Positions 27,963 through 38,135 of a stretch of 64,000 nucleotides of DNA are shown here, piece after piece (the first letter of the stretch is position 1; each line of letters begins with the position of its first letter). Origin of the DNA: Verrucomicrobiota bacterium (GTDB lineage Bacteria; Verrucomicrobiota; Verrucomicrobiia; Limisphaerales; CANJXF01). The position numbers and the translations under genes are program-made. Location of the stretch: positions 1-64,000 of the forward strand of contig JBBQRQ010000013.1 of the NCBI GenBank assembly GCA_038214755.1. Direction: 5' to 3'. Below the pieces are notes generated by a model. The model was not told the origin of the DNA. It saw nothing but the letters and a program-made list of their open reading frames with translations, and searched no databases.

Positions 27963-29867
27963 TTATGGAGTTTTCAATACGCGAAAAAATTGCCGCGCCG
28001 CTCCCGGTGTCGCGAAGCCGCTGTAGCTCGCATTGGTGACGATGGGCGTGACGGGATTTGTCGCCAGAGTCCACGAAGAAAAATCTGGTGAGGTTTGAAT
28101 TTCGTAAACTTCATAAGGCTTGGCCAGGAACTGGAGATTGGACGTGGAGAAGCTGGTGATTTTCAAAACAGAGGCGGCGTTGGTGGGATTTGTTCCGGAA
28201 ATAAATTCGTTCAAGTTGGAAATTTTATCTCCGTCAAAATCGTCGCTGGCATGGTGTTTTGTTCCCACATTGGGATCGATATTTGTGAAGTACTGCATCA
28301 TCCAGGAATCGGGCAGGCCGTCGCTGCCGCCGTTGGCCGCAGTCGGTCGGCTATCGTCTAAAAATGAAATCACTTTGACCTGAATAAAAGGAGACCAGTT
28401 CGTGCCGTCGAAAAATCTCGCATAAGCTCGATCATAAGCGCTTGTGCCCGCCGGGTCGAATCGAGCGGCGCCGTAAAAACCGGCGGCACTATATTTCAAA
28501 ATCTGACCCGCCAGAGAAAATGCGCCGTTGCTTGCGGTCTGGTTGGTTACGGCCAATGTCAGCGCATTGTTCTGCAAATCGTATCCGCGCAAAGTCACTT
28601 CATTGATTCCGGGAACATTGGGTTGGGACGGCGAAGAAGTGACAATATCCATCACTCGGCTGTAGCCGTAGGGCGGCGTGTTGAAGGGATGGACCAATTG
28701 AATTTTCGGTGGATCATACGCGCCCAAAGTCGCGCCGCGCCCGCCGCCATGCACTTGAAAGTACATCATCGCGTTATTCAGAGTTGTGTCGGGTTCGCTC
28801 GGATTTTCACTGCTGTGATCCAGGCTCAAGACGTGACCGAGTTCATGGCACAAAACTTCTTCGAAAAATGAAAGCGTTTGCATGGAGACATTCGTATGTT
28901 TGAGCATCAAATAGCCGCGGCTGCTTAAGAAAAATTCCTGGCCGGCGATATTGCCTCCAAACCCGCCCGCGCTGCCGAGGCCACCGGGAACCGAATAATT
29001 TCTTCCGCCGATTCCCAGAACATTCACGTTGGTGATGTATCCATACAGATCGTGCAATTGAATGCGGATTTTTCCGTCGTTGATCAACACATTCGCCGCG
29101 CTCGTTCCGAAGTTTTGCAAACCTTCAAAAACAAATTTCGCCGAACTCACCTGGCTCCAGGCGTTGAGCGCGTTGCTCACCGCGCCCAGTGCTTGCGACA
29201 ACGTAATTCCAGCGGGCAAAGTCTGGGCATCCACGATGTAACCAATTTTTTCTCCGCGATCCGCCGTGGTAAAACGGCTGGAAATTCCGCTGCCATTGTC
29301 GATGAGTCCGCCGACGACCGATGGGAGCGGTGCGTTGGAGGAACTCGCGTTGGCGGCCTGGCCGGTTGTGTTGATTCCTTGTGCAGAAGGTTGGGGAACG
29401 CGCTGGCGAATTTCGTCGAGCAACGAATTTTCCACGGGAGTAAAATTCGCGACAACGCCCTTCTGTTGACGGTGCAATAAGATCGCGCTCGGACGCCCAT
29501 CGTAGGCCATGAGAGTTCCGTCGCCGCGCGCATCCAGAAAAACCAAACGCTCTTCCCCGACCTTGAACTGCGGCGACAAGCCATCCATTTCTCCCTCGCT
29601 GTCCACGACCCCGCCGCGATGAATCAGTTGAATGTTCTTTGGGAAAATTCCTTTCAACCCTTCGTCCACGCGAAAAATTGTTTTGGTATAAATTCCATGG
29701 TCCGCCGGATTGCGGAAGGAAGTTTTCTCCAAAACCGTTCCACGAAAAATCGCTTGCGCCAGATCGATCCGCTCGCCCCAATTCAATGGCAGGGTGGACG
29801 AAGCAAAAAGCAGCGTTGAAGAAAAAAGAGCAACCAAATTTGCCAGGAGGAAAAATAAGAAACGCAT
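27963..29867 (-). CDS. Secreted matrixin/M10-like zinc metalloprotease
   Basis: HELGHVLSLDHS zincin motif, Met-turn AMM, DGLPDSW/D.DGD..SN..EF..GTNP repeat, C-terminal QFFRV. Confidence 0.85.
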   Translation of the reverse strand: MRFLFFLLANLVALFSSTLLFASSTLPLNWGERIDLAQAIFRGTVLEKTSFRNPADHGIYTKTIFRVDEGLKGIFPKNIQLIHRGGVVDSEGEMDGLSPQFKVGEERLVFLDARGDGTLMAYDGRPSAILLHRQQKGVVANFTPVENSLLDEIRQRVPQPSAQGINTTGQAANASSSNAPLPSVVGGLIDNGSGISSRFTTADRGEKIGYIVDAQTLPAGITLSQALGAVSNALNAWSQVSSAKFVFEGLQNFGTSAANVLINDGKIRIQLHDLYGYITNVNVLGIGGRNYSVPGGLGSAGGFGGNIAGQEFFLSSRGYLMLKHTNVSMQTLSFFEEVLCHELGHVLSLDHSSENPSEPDTTLNNAMMYFQVHGGGRGATLGAYDPPKIQLVHPFNTPPYGYSRVMDIVTSSPSQPNVPGINEVTLRGYDLQNNALTLAVTNQTASNGAFSLAGQILKYSAAGFYGAARFDPAGTSAYDRAYARFFDGTNWSPFIQVKVISFLDDSRPTAANGGSDGLPDSWMMQYFTNIDPNVGTKHHASDDFDGDKISNLNEFISGTNPTNAASVLKITSFSTSNLQFLAKPYEVYEIQTSPDFSSWTLATNPVTPIVTNASYSGFATPGAARQFFRVLKTP

Positions 29868-30100
29868 CCTCGGATAGTAGGAATCAAAAATTGCTCGAGC
29901 AAGATTGTTTGGTTTGTCCAATTTTCTGGTTGGGGGACAGCGCGACGTAATCCTCGTCCGCTTCCGGCAACAGAAGTTTTTGTTCCCGCAGTAACCCGCC
30001 AAATGATTCATGCTTGTTGCAAGCGCGCCCCGGACGTAAAAGTTTCACCGTGGAAAAGTTTTTCCACCGGCGCGCGACGCATTAGTTGTCCGCCCATTTC

Positions 30101-30337
30101 ATGAAAGCAAAAATTATTATCACGCCGAAAAAAGCCGTGCTTGATCCGCAGGGAAAGACCGTGCAGGGCGCCCTGGAGCACATGGGACTCAAAGTGGGCG
30201 CCGTGCATGTTGGAAAATATTTGGAGATCGAATTGCCCGGCGACGATCAGGAAGTCTGGCGAAAAAAAATCGACGAAGCGTGTCATAAAATGTTGAGCAA
30301 CCCGGTGATTGAAGATTACAAGGTTGAGATGGAATAA
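30101..30337 (+). CDS. purS: FGAM synthase subunit PurS
   Basis: VLDPQG, VGKY.E, L.NPVIEDY. Confidence 0.95.
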   Translation: MKAKIIITPKKAVLDPQGKTVQGALEHMGLKVGAVHVGKYLEIELPGDDQEVWRKKIDEACHKMLSNPVIEDYKVEME

Positions 30338-30345
30338 CTCTGCGA

Positions 30346-30440
30346 AATTTACGATCTGTGATTTACGATTGACGCGCCGAATTTAAATCCGCAAAAACTT
30401 CCGGTCGGCCTGTAAATCCGAAATTGTAAATCCAAAATCC
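30346..30440. repeat. Inverted heptamer element (ATTTACG)n / (GTAAATC)n
   Basis: Degenerate tandem heptamers in inverted orientation between purS and purQ. Confidence 0.6.
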
Positions 30441-30442
30441 CG

Positions 30443-31162
30443 ATGAATTTTGCCGTTCTCCAGTTTCCCGGATCCAATTGCGATCAAGACGTCGTCCACG
30501 TTTTGAAAAATGTGCTCGGCCAATCCGCGCTACTCGTCTGGCATAAAAAAACTTCACTCGGCGATTCCGATGCGGTGGTTATTCCGGGCGGTTTCAGCTA
30601 TGGCGATTATCTCCGCACCGGAGCGATTGCTCGATTCAGTCCCATCATGCCAGCCGTCCAGGAGTTTGCGGCCAATGGCGCGCCTGTCCTGGGCATTTGC
30701 AACGGATTTCAAATTCTTTGCGAGGCGGGGCTTTTGCCTGGCGCGCTCATTCGCAATCGCTCCCTGCGATTCCGCTGTGAAAATATTTTTTTGAAAACGC
30801 TCGCGAACGACTCTCCGTTCACGAACAAAATCCCGGCGGAAAAACTTTTGCGCGTTCCCATTGCCCACGGCGAAGGCTGCTATTTCGCCGATGAAAGCAC
30901 ATTGGAAAATTTGCAAGCGAACAAACAAATTCTCTGGCAATATGTGAATGAAAAAGGCGAAGCAACTGAACAATCCAATCCGAATGGTTCGGTGCTGAAC
31001 ATCGCCGGAATTTGCAACGAAGCCCGCAACGTCGCCGGACTCATGCCGCATCCCGAACGCGCCAGTGAATCCATTCTCGGTTGCGCTGATGGAAAATTTA
31101 TTTTTGAAAGTTTGATTGGCTGGTTGGAAAGGCGAAACGTGCCGAAAGCGCAAGCTGCATAA
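30443..31162 (+). CDS. purQ: FGAM synthase glutaminase subunit PurQ
   Basis: [39 protein letters not shown]. Confidence 0.97.
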   Translation: MNFAVLQFPGSNCDQDVVHVLKNVLGQSALLVWHKKTSLGDSDAVVIPGGFSYGDYLRTGAIARFSPIMPAVQEFAANGAPVLGICNGFQILCEAGLLPGALIRNRSLRFRCENIFLKTLANDSPFTNKIPAEKLLRVPIAHGEGCYFADESTLENLQANKQILWQYVNEKGEATEQSNPNGSVLNIAGICNEARNVAGLMPHPERASESILGCADGKFIFESLIGWLERRNVPKAQAA

Positions 31163-31172
31163 GTTTTTAGAA

Positions 31173-32630
31173 ATGTCGCCCGAGGAACTCAACCTACTGC
31201 TGCCTTCGCTTCGTGCTTTGCCGCATGAAACGGAATGGGTGGAATTCAAACATAATGATGCTGATCCAGAGGAAGTCGGCGAATACGTATCTGCCCTTTC
31301 AAACTCCGCAGCGCTTCTTGGAAAAGATGCGAGTTATCTTGTTTGGGGCATCCAGAATCTGACCCATCACGTTGTCGGAACAAACTTCCAACCGCGACAG
31401 CGTAAAGTCAGCGGGCAGGAATTGGAAAGCTGGCTAACTCTCCATCTGACGCCGCGAGTTCATTTTGCCATCCATGAATTTGAGTGCAACAGCCAGGCAA
31501 TTGTTCTTTTTGAAATTCAGCCGGCCAGTCATACACCGGTTCGGTTCATGGACACAGAATTTATCCGCGTCGGTAGTTACAAGAAAAAACTCAAAGACTT
31601 TCCAGAAAAAGAGCGCGCATTGTGGCGGCAGCTTTCTCGCACCCCGTTTGAGAAGGGCTTGGCTAAACGCGGAGTATCGGGTGACGATGTGTTGGCACTT
31701 TTGGAATATCCGAAATTTTTTGAATTGGTCGGGCTTAACTTGCCGGCAAACAAACAAGGCATCCTTGAACGATTGATAGTGGACCAACTCATTGTCGAGC
31801 GTGGGAGCAATCACTACGAAATAACCAATCTTGGCGCTATCCTTTTTGCAAAGCATTTGAGGGACTTCGAGGGGCTGGCGCGCAAAGCAATTCGTGTCGT
31901 CCAATACAAAGGCACGAATCGGGTCGAGACGGTAAAGGAAATGGTGGGAGCTAGAGGTTATGCCGCAGGCTTCGAGGGTCTTGTTAGATACGTCAACGAT
32001 CAGTTGCCACGCAACGAAATCATTGAAAAGGCACTGCGAAAAGAAGTCCCAATGTTTCCTGAACTCGCCATTCGAGAACTGATACCTAACGCTCTGATTC
32101 ATCAGGACTTCTCCATCACCGGCGCTGGCCCGATGGTGGAAATTTTTGGCGACAGGCTCGAAATAAGCAATCCGGGATTACCGCTCATTGATACGCTTCG
32201 TTTCATTGACCATTCGCCCCGTTCGCGCAATGAAGGCCTTGCAGATTTGATGCGGCGGCTGCACATCTGCGAAGAGCGTGGCAGCGGAATTGACAAGGTG
32301 ATTTTTCAAATTGAGTCCTATCAATTGCCAGCACCTGATTTTCGGATTGATGAAACGCACACGCGAGTTGTGTTATTTGCCCAGCGCAAACTTTCAGCAA
32401 TGGATGCGAAGGACAAAGTGCGAGCGTGTTACCAACACGCCTGTTTAGAATCTGTTTCAAACCGTCAGATGACGAACACGTCGCTGCGAAAACGATTTTC
32501 CATCACCGATGAAAACTACTCCATCGCTTCGCGGGTGATTTCCGATACAATTGAGGCCGGTCTGATTAAGCGGCATGACCCCGACAGTGCGTCAAGGAAG
32601 CACGCCAAATACATTCCGTTTTGGGGATGA
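31173..32630 (+). CDS. AlbA_2 (Schlafen-like) domain + HATPase_c_4 (RecG C-terminal-like) + winged-helix protein
   Basis: [19 protein letters not shown]-terminus; [25 protein letters not shown]...ICEERGSG. Confidence 0.85.
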   Translation: MSPEELNLLLPSLRALPHETEWVEFKHNDADPEEVGEYVSALSNSAALLGKDASYLVWGIQNLTHHVVGTNFQPRQRKVSGQELESWLTLHLTPRVHFAIHEFECNSQAIVLFEIQPASHTPVRFMDTEFIRVGSYKKKLKDFPEKERALWRQLSRTPFEKGLAKRGVSGDDVLALLEYPKFFELVGLNLPANKQGILERLIVDQLIVERGSNHYEITNLGAILFAKHLRDFEGLARKAIRVVQYKGTNRVETVKEMVGARGYAAGFEGLVRYVNDQLPRNEIIEKALRKEVPMFPELAIRELIPNALIHQDFSITGAGPMVEIFGDRLEISNPGLPLIDTLRFIDHSPRSRNEGLADLMRRLHICEERGSGIDKVIFQIESYQLPAPDFRIDETHTRVVLFAQRKLSAMDAKDKVRACYQHACLESVSNRQMTNTSLRKRFSITDENYSIASRVISDTIEAGLIKRHDPDSASRKHAKYIPFWG

Positions 32631-32758
32631 TTCTTATGTGATTCTTATGTGACTCAATATGCCTCAAGATGCCTCAATATGACTCAAAACAGCCTAAAAC
32701 ACGGAAGATTCTTATGTGATTTCAAAACTAGGAACTTAGGAATCTAGGACTTCATCTT
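32630..32758. repeat. Short direct-repeat cluster: ATTCTTATGTG x3, G(A/C)CTCAAnA(T/C) x4, TAGGA x3
   Basis: 11-mers at 32630, 32641, 32708; 10-mers at 32651-32690. Confidence 0.85.
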
Positions 32759-32762
32759 TGAA

Positions 32763-35360
32763 ATGACCGAACCCGCCATCACTCTAGACTTGGTTGCCAA
32801 ACACAACCTCACGCCCGACGAATATGCCCGCGCCAAGGAAATTCTGGGGCGCGACCCGAATTACACGGAACTGGGAATTTTTTCGGTGATGTGGAGCGAG
32901 CATTGTTCTTACAAAAATACGAAGCCGCTGCTGAAAACATTTCCGACCAAGTCTGCAAAAATTCTTGTCGGCGCGGGCGAAGAAAACGCCGGCATCATCG
33001 ACATCGGCGACGGACTGGCCATCGCCTTTAAAATTGAATCCCATAATCATCCGAGCGCGGTCGAGCCGTTTCAAGGCGCAGCCACAGGGGTGGGCGGAAT
33101 CATTCGTGATATTTTTACGATGGGCGCGCGTCCGGTTTGCGCGCTGAATTCTTTGCGCTTCGGGCCGATTGCGGGAAATGGAGAAGTGGGTGGGAAAGTG
33201 GGAAAGTGGGAAAGTGGGGCAGAGGCGACAAATTCTGAAGCCTCACTTTCTCACTTTCCCACTTTCCCACTCGCCCCAGTCTCCAACGAAATTCTTAACA
33301 ACCGCCGCCTCTTCGCCAGCGTCGTCAGCGGCATTGCGCATTACGGAAATTGTTTCGGCATTCCAACCGTGGGCGGCGAAATTTATTTCGACGAATCCTA
33401 CGAGGGCAATCCACTCGTCAATGTGTTTTGTCTCGGCGTTTTGCGGCACGAACAAATTGCCCGCGGCGCGGCGAAAGGAATTGGCAATCCAGTTTTCTAT
33501 GTTGGCCCGGCCACAGGTCGCGATGGGCTCGCGGGCGCGGCCTTTGCCTCCCAGGATTTAACGGACGAATCAGCCCAAGGACAACGCGGCGCTGTGCAAG
33601 TCGGAGATCCGTTCATGGAAAAATTGGTCTGCGAAGCGTGCCTGGAACTTCTGGCGACCGATTGCGTCGCGGGAATTCAAGACATGGGCGCGGCTGGTTT
33701 GACTTGTTCGACGTGCGAAACCGCCGCGCGCGCGGGAACCGGAATTGAGATCGAGTTGAGCAAAGTTCCGCAACGCGCCCCGCACATGACGCCTTACGAA
33801 ATTATGTTGAGCGAATCGCAGGAACGGATGCTCATCATCGTCAAACGCGGTCGCGAAGCGGAAGTGCAACGCATCTTCGACAAATGGGATTTGCCGTGGG
33901 CGGAAATTGGTTTCGTGACCGACACCGGAAAAATGGTCGTCAAAAATCGCGGCGAAATTGTTGTCGATATTCCAGCGAAAAAATTGGCCGATGAAGCGCC
34001 GGTTTATTTTCGCGACGCAAAAGAGCCGGAATATTTGAAAGCCGTTCGTGAATTTACTTTGGCTCAAATTGCCGATTGCCAATCGCCGATCGCCGATTTG
34101 AAAACTCTGCTGGCGTCGGCGAACATTGCTTCCAAGAATTGGGTCTATCGCCAATACGATCACATGGTGCGCGATGGCTCGGTGGTTTGTCCCGGCTCGG
34201 ATGCGGCGGTCATTCGCATCAAGGAAGATTCGCTGCCGATGAGTTCTTTGCAGTGCGGTAACTTGTCACCGCTTTCTTCCGCGGGCGACTTGTCGCCCGC
34301 GACTGCGCGAGAACTCGCGCAGTCAAAAAGCGGCGAGAACTCGCCGCACTCCACGTTTCCGGAGAAGTACGTGGCGATGACCGTTGATTGCAACGCCGCT
34401 TACGTTTATCTCGATCCGTACGAAGGCGCAAAAACTGTCGTGGCGGAAGCCGCCCGAAATCTCGCTTGTTCTGGCGCGACTCCACTTGGTTCAACCGACA
34501 ACCTAAATTTTGGAAATCCGCACAACCCGGAAATTTTCTGGCAACTTAAAGAATCCGTTCGCGGCCTGGCCGAAGCCTGCCGCGCATTCAACGCGCCCGT
34601 CACTGGCGGCAACGTCAGTCTCTACAATCAAAATCCGAGCGGACCGATTGACCCGACGCCGACCGTCGCGATGGTCGGCTCGATCGAAAAACCGGAACAC
34701 ATCACGACCCAGTGGTTCAAGGCGGAAGGTGACGTAATTATTTTGCTCGGAGAAATCGTGGATCAACAAGATCCGTTGCTCGGCTTGGGCGGCTCGGCGT
34801 ATTTGCAAAAAATTCTCGGCCTGAAAACTGGCACTCCGCCGCGTTGCGATTTGGAAATGGAGAAAATTCTCCACACGACGCTGCTCGGTTTTATTTTTTC
34901 CGGCATTGTTAAAAGCGCGCATGATTGCAGCGAAGGCGGTCTGGCCGTCGCCTTGGCGGAAAGTTGCATCTCACAACAAATCGCGCGCCATACGCCGCGC
35001 CTCATCGGTGCGCAAATTGATTTGAGCGCGGTTGTTCCACCAAGCGCTGCCGAACTCTCGGCAGATGCTTCTTCCGCGAAAGATATTGGCGACCAGAATT
35101 ACCGACAGAATGTCGGCGGCCCTTTGCGCCTCGACGCTCTGCTCTTTGGTGAAACGCAGAGTCGCGTCGTTGTATCTGTCGCGCCGCTGGATGCGGTCAA
35201 AGTTTTAGAGCGGGCAAAAATTTTGGGAGTTTCGGCCACCAGAATTGGAATCGTTGGCGGAGTTGATTTGAAAATTAAAACTTCTGACAAAGAATTTTCG
35301 TGGCCGATCGCTGAACTCCATGACCTTTGGTGGAACTCCATCGCGCGTGCCATGGCCTGA
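32763..35360 (+). CDS. purL: FGAM synthase subunit PurL with repeat-derived in-frame insertions
   Basis: [64 protein letters not shown]. Confidence 0.97.
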   Translation: MTEPAITLDLVAKHNLTPDEYARAKEILGRDPNYTELGIFSVMWSEHCSYKNTKPLLKTFPTKSAKILVGAGEENAGIIDIGDGLAIAFKIESHNHPSAVEPFQGAATGVGGIIRDIFTMGARPVCALNSLRFGPIAGNGEVGGKVGKWESGAEATNSEASLSHFPTFPLAPVSNEILNNRRLFASVVSGIAHYGNCFGIPTVGGEIYFDESYEGNPLVNVFCLGVLRHEQIARGAAKGIGNPVFYVGPATGRDGLAGAAFASQDLTDESAQGQRGAVQVGDPFMEKLVCEACLELLATDCVAGIQDMGAAGLTCSTCETAARAGTGIEIELSKVPQRAPHMTPYEIMLSESQERMLIIVKRGREAEVQRIFDKWDLPWAEIGFVTDTGKMVVKNRGEIVVDIPAKKLADEAPVYFRDAKEPEYLKAVREFTLAQIADCQSPIADLKTLLASANIASKNWVYRQYDHMVRDGSVVCPGSDAAVIRIKEDSLPMSSLQCGNLSPLSSAGDLSPATARELAQSKSGENSPHSTFPEKYVAMTVDCNAAYVYLDPYEGAKTVVAEAARNLACSGATPLGSTDNLNFGNPHNPEIFWQLKESVRGLAEACRAFNAPVTGGNVSLYNQNPSGPIDPTPTVAMVGSIEKPEHITTQWFKAEGDVIILLGEIVDQQDPLLGLGGSAYLQKILGLKTGTPPRCDLEMEKILHTTLLGFIFSGIVKSAHDCSEGGLAVALAESCISQQIARHTPRLIGAQIDLSAVVPPSAAELSADASSAKDIGDQNYRQNVGGPLRLDALLFGETQSRVVVSVAPLDAVKVLERAKILGVSATRIGIVGGVDLKIKTSDKEFSWPIAELHDLWWNSIARAMA

Positions 35361-35470
35361 AAAAACATCGTCCCAATTTAAACTTTTCCAGACGAGGGAG
35401 CTTGAACTCCAAATTTTCACGAGCCGTTTATCGCAAATCCAGGCGGCAGTGGTTATTCCCAAGAATTTCT

Positions 35471-35495
35471 TTGACGCCCCAATATTTAGTATGCT
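35471..35495 (+). promoter_or_regulatory. Putative sigma70 promoter with overlapping NrdR-box-like site upstream of nrdR
   Basis: TTGACG -35-like hexamer, TAGTAT/TATGCT downstream; CCCCAATATTTAGTA resembles acaCwAtATaTwGtg. Confidence 0.5.
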
Positions 35496-35536
35496 ACCTA
35501 CCGTCGCGACACCTTTAGCAGTATGCGGCGAAATTT

Positions 35537-35992
35537 ATGCGCTGTCCGAAATGCGGAAATCAGGATGACAAAGTCATCGATTCTCGAACCTCCAAAAAAG
35601 GCTCGACGATTCGTCGGCGGCGCGAGTGTTTAAAATGCGAACATCGTTTCACAACTTACGAAGAAATTGAGCATGAAGGTTTGGTCGTCGTCAAACGCGA
35701 TGGACGGCGCGAACAATTTTCCAAAGAAAAACTTTTATCCGGCATCCGCAAAGCATGTCAAAAGCGCCCCATCAGTCCGAAAGCCATTGAGGACCTCGTC
35801 GAGAAAATCGTCGATGAAATAACGGATAAGTTCGACAGCGAAGTTCCGGGCAAGGCGATTGGCGAGCGCGTCATGGAAGGGTTGCGGGAGCTGGATGAAG
35901 TGGCCTATGTGCGTTTCGCCAGCGTTTATCGCCGCTTCCAGGAAGCGACCGAATTCGTGCAAGCCGTAAAAAATTTAGAGGAAGAAACATGA
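35537..35992 (+). CDS. nrdR: Transcriptional repressor NrdR
   Basis: MRCPKC, KVIDSR, IRRRREC..C..RFTTYE, VVKRDG ATP cone, VAYVRFASVY. Confidence 0.97.
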   Translation: MRCPKCGNQDDKVIDSRTSKKGSTIRRRRECLKCEHRFTTYEEIEHEGLVVVKRDGRREQFSKEKLLSGIRKACQKRPISPKAIEDLVEKIVDEITDKFDSEVPGKAIGERVMEGLRELDEVAYVRFASVYRRFQEATEFVQAVKNLEEET

Positions 35993-36561
35993 TTCAACTC
36001 AATCCCGATTACCTTATTTTCAAAACCGCGGCAGGGGAAAATATCCCTTGCGCGGTGGAACTGGTTGCCATCGAACTGATGGGGGACGCCATTTCGCTGG
36101 TCGATCCAGATTTGATTCGCAACGCTTCCGCCGCCATCCTCCACTATTTTAAAATTGAACTGGGATGCCACTCCGTTTCCGTGGGAGAATTTTCTCTGGC
36201 GCTCGAACGGGTGCTGCGCGGCTTTGGCCTCAACATCCAAACCGATGGCGACACGGAGGAATTTCACATCGTGGAATCCGATTTGCGCGAAGTGGCGTCC
36301 TCGGCTGGCAAAGGTTTTGAATTATTTTTCTTTCCAAATCTTCGCGACGAGATGCGCCGCAACATCAACGAAAAGCCGCAGGTCGTCCGATTCAAAGGGT
36401 TGCGCGGCTGCGTCAAGCAAATCATCGGCGCGCAACGTTGGAGCGGACGCTGCCAAATACTCAGCGATCAAATTGTGGAATATCTTCGCACTTGTTTGAG
36501 CGCGGAATTTCTACCATCGCACCACTCCAAAAGAGAAACCTGTGCGCTCGTGGTGTTGTGA
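35989..36561 (+). CDS. Conserved hypothetical protein
   Basis: ATGA overlap with nrdR stop, host-like codon usage. Confidence 0.75.
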   Translation: MIQLNPDYLIFKTAAGENIPCAVELVAIELMGDAISLVDPDLIRNASAAILHYFKIELGCHSVSVGEFSLALERVLRGFGLNIQTDGDTEEFHIVESDLREVASSAGKGFELFFFPNLRDEMRRNINEKPQVVRFKGLRGCVKQIIGAQRWSGRCQILSDQIVEYLRTCLSAEFLPSHHSKRETCALVVL

Positions 36562-36577
36562 AGCGGAAATTCCGTAA

Positions 36578-36610
36578 CCGTTGAATCGTGAATCGTTGAA
36601 TCGTGAATCA
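36578..36610. repeat. Short (GTTGAATC/GTGAATC)n tract
   Basis: Reverse complement of the repeat family at 1-136. Confidence 0.75.
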
Positions 36611-36618
36611 AGCGGCCC

Positions 36619-36957
36619 ATGACTTTATTTGAAAAAATCATCGCGCGACAAATTCCTGGCGACATCGTTTACGAAGATGACCTCGTGCTGGCGTTGCGCG
36701 ACATCAAGCCGGTCGCGCCCGTCCACATTTTGATTCTGCCAAAGAAAGCGATTCCGCGCATCGCCGACGCATCGCCGGAGGATCACAAAGTTCTGGGCCA
36801 TTTGCTTTTGAAGGCGGCGGAAATCGCGGCAAAAGAAGGATTGGAAAAAAACGGTTACCGTCTCGTCATTAATAACGGCCCTGACGCTGGAGAATCAGTC
36901 CCGCATCTGCATTTGCACATTCTGGGTGGACGAAATTTTAGCTGGCCGCCGGGTTAA
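36619..36957 (+). CDS. Histidine triad (HIT/HinT) nucleotide-binding protein
   Basis: HLHLHILGGR, WPPG terminus. Confidence 0.95.
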   Translation: MTLFEKIIARQIPGDIVYEDDLVLALRDIKPVAPVHILILPKKAIPRIADASPEDHKVLGHLLLKAAEIAAKEGLEKNGYRLVINNGPDAGESVPHLHLHILGGRNFSWPPG

Positions 36958-37066
36958 AAGTTCTATCGCTCGTTCTGTCGATATTCCTTAGAGCGTGCGA
37001 CGACCGCCGGCGAAATTCTGTCCGCCCACTCCGAACTCCGAAAACAACTTTGCTCCACCTACACCA

Positions 37067-38122
37067 ATGAACTCACGGTTGTTGTTTGCTTTTTTTATTT
37101 TGTTTTCGTTCATTGGCTCCGCCATGAACCAGGAGGAGGCGATCGATGATCTATTTAAAGAATTTGACCGCCCCGGCTCCCCCGGCGCCAGCCTTACCGT
37201 GATCAAGAACGGCAAACCAGTTTTCGCCAAAGGTTACGGGTTGGCCAATCTGGAGAAGAAAATTCTTTGTTCGACCAACACCAATTTTCGGCTTGCCTCG
37301 CTGACAAAACAATTTACCGCCACGGCCATTTTAATTTTGGCGGAGCGCCGGAGCCTCTCGCTCGAAGATCACATCACGAGATTTTTCCCGGAATTTCCAG
37401 ATTACGGAAAACAAATCAGCATCCGCCACTTGCTCACGCATACGTCAGGACTCGTGGATTACGAGCAAGTCATTCCTGCGGGCACGACGATTCCAGTGAG
37501 TGACCGCGATGTGTTGTTGCTCCTGTTGAAGCAGGACCACTTGAAATTTTCTCCCGGTGAAAAGTTTGATTACAGCAATACTGGATACTCCTTTCTCGCG
37601 CTGATTGTCGAAGCGGCGTCGGGGCAAAAGTTCGCCACGTTCTTGCGGGAAAATATTTTTCAACCGCTCGGCATGACGAACTCGCTCGCCTATGAGCCGG
37701 GAATTTCCTCCGTGCCCAATCGCGCCTTTGGCTACGCGAAAACTGAAAATGGTTTTGAGTTCAGCGATCAAAGTCTGACCAGCGCCGTTCTGGGTGATGG
37801 CGGAATTTATTCTTCCGTCGCGGATCTTTTCCAGTGGGATCAGGCTCTCTCCACGGAAAAACTGGTCAGCCGAAAAATGCTTGAGCAGGCATTCGCGACG
37901 CATTCCACAAACTCGGATTCACCAGGGAGCGGTTACGGATTTGGTTGGTACATTGGAAAATATCGCGACGCGAAAAAAATTTGGCATTATGGAAGCACCT
38001 GCGGATTCTCGACGAGGATGGAACGGTTTCCTGAAAAGAATTTGACCGTGATTATTCTGACCAATCGTCGTGATGCAAAAATTTCAGATGTCCCTCAAAA
38101 AATCGCCGACCTTTATTGGTAG
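37067..38122 (+). CDS. Serine hydrolase, beta-lactamase class C/PBP-like family
   Basis: FRLASLTK (SxxK), LLTHTSG, YSNTGY (YxN), WHYG. Confidence 0.9.
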   Translation: MNSRLLFAFFILFSFIGSAMNQEEAIDDLFKEFDRPGSPGASLTVIKNGKPVFAKGYGLANLEKKILCSTNTNFRLASLTKQFTATAILILAERRSLSLEDHITRFFPEFPDYGKQISIRHLLTHTSGLVDYEQVIPAGTTIPVSDRDVLLLLLKQDHLKFSPGEKFDYSNTGYSFLALIVEAASGQKFATFLRENIFQPLGMTNSLAYEPGISSVPNRAFGYAKTENGFEFSDQSLTSAVLGDGGIYSSVADLFQWDQALSTEKLVSRKMLEQAFATHSTNSDSPGSGYGFGWYIGKYRDAKKIWHYGSTCGFSTRMERFPEKNLTVIILTNRRDAKISDVPQKIADLYW

Positions 38123-38135
38123 GAGATCAAAAGTT

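Noticed and set aside
33181..35123. Inteins or introns in purL
   Set aside because: Inserts are only ~10-36 codons, lack intein terminal His-Asn/Cys motifs and group I/II intron size, and match dispersed repeats instead
37067..38122. Antibiotic-resistance beta-lactamase
   Set aside because: Motifs support only the broad serine hydrolase family; substrate cannot be inferred
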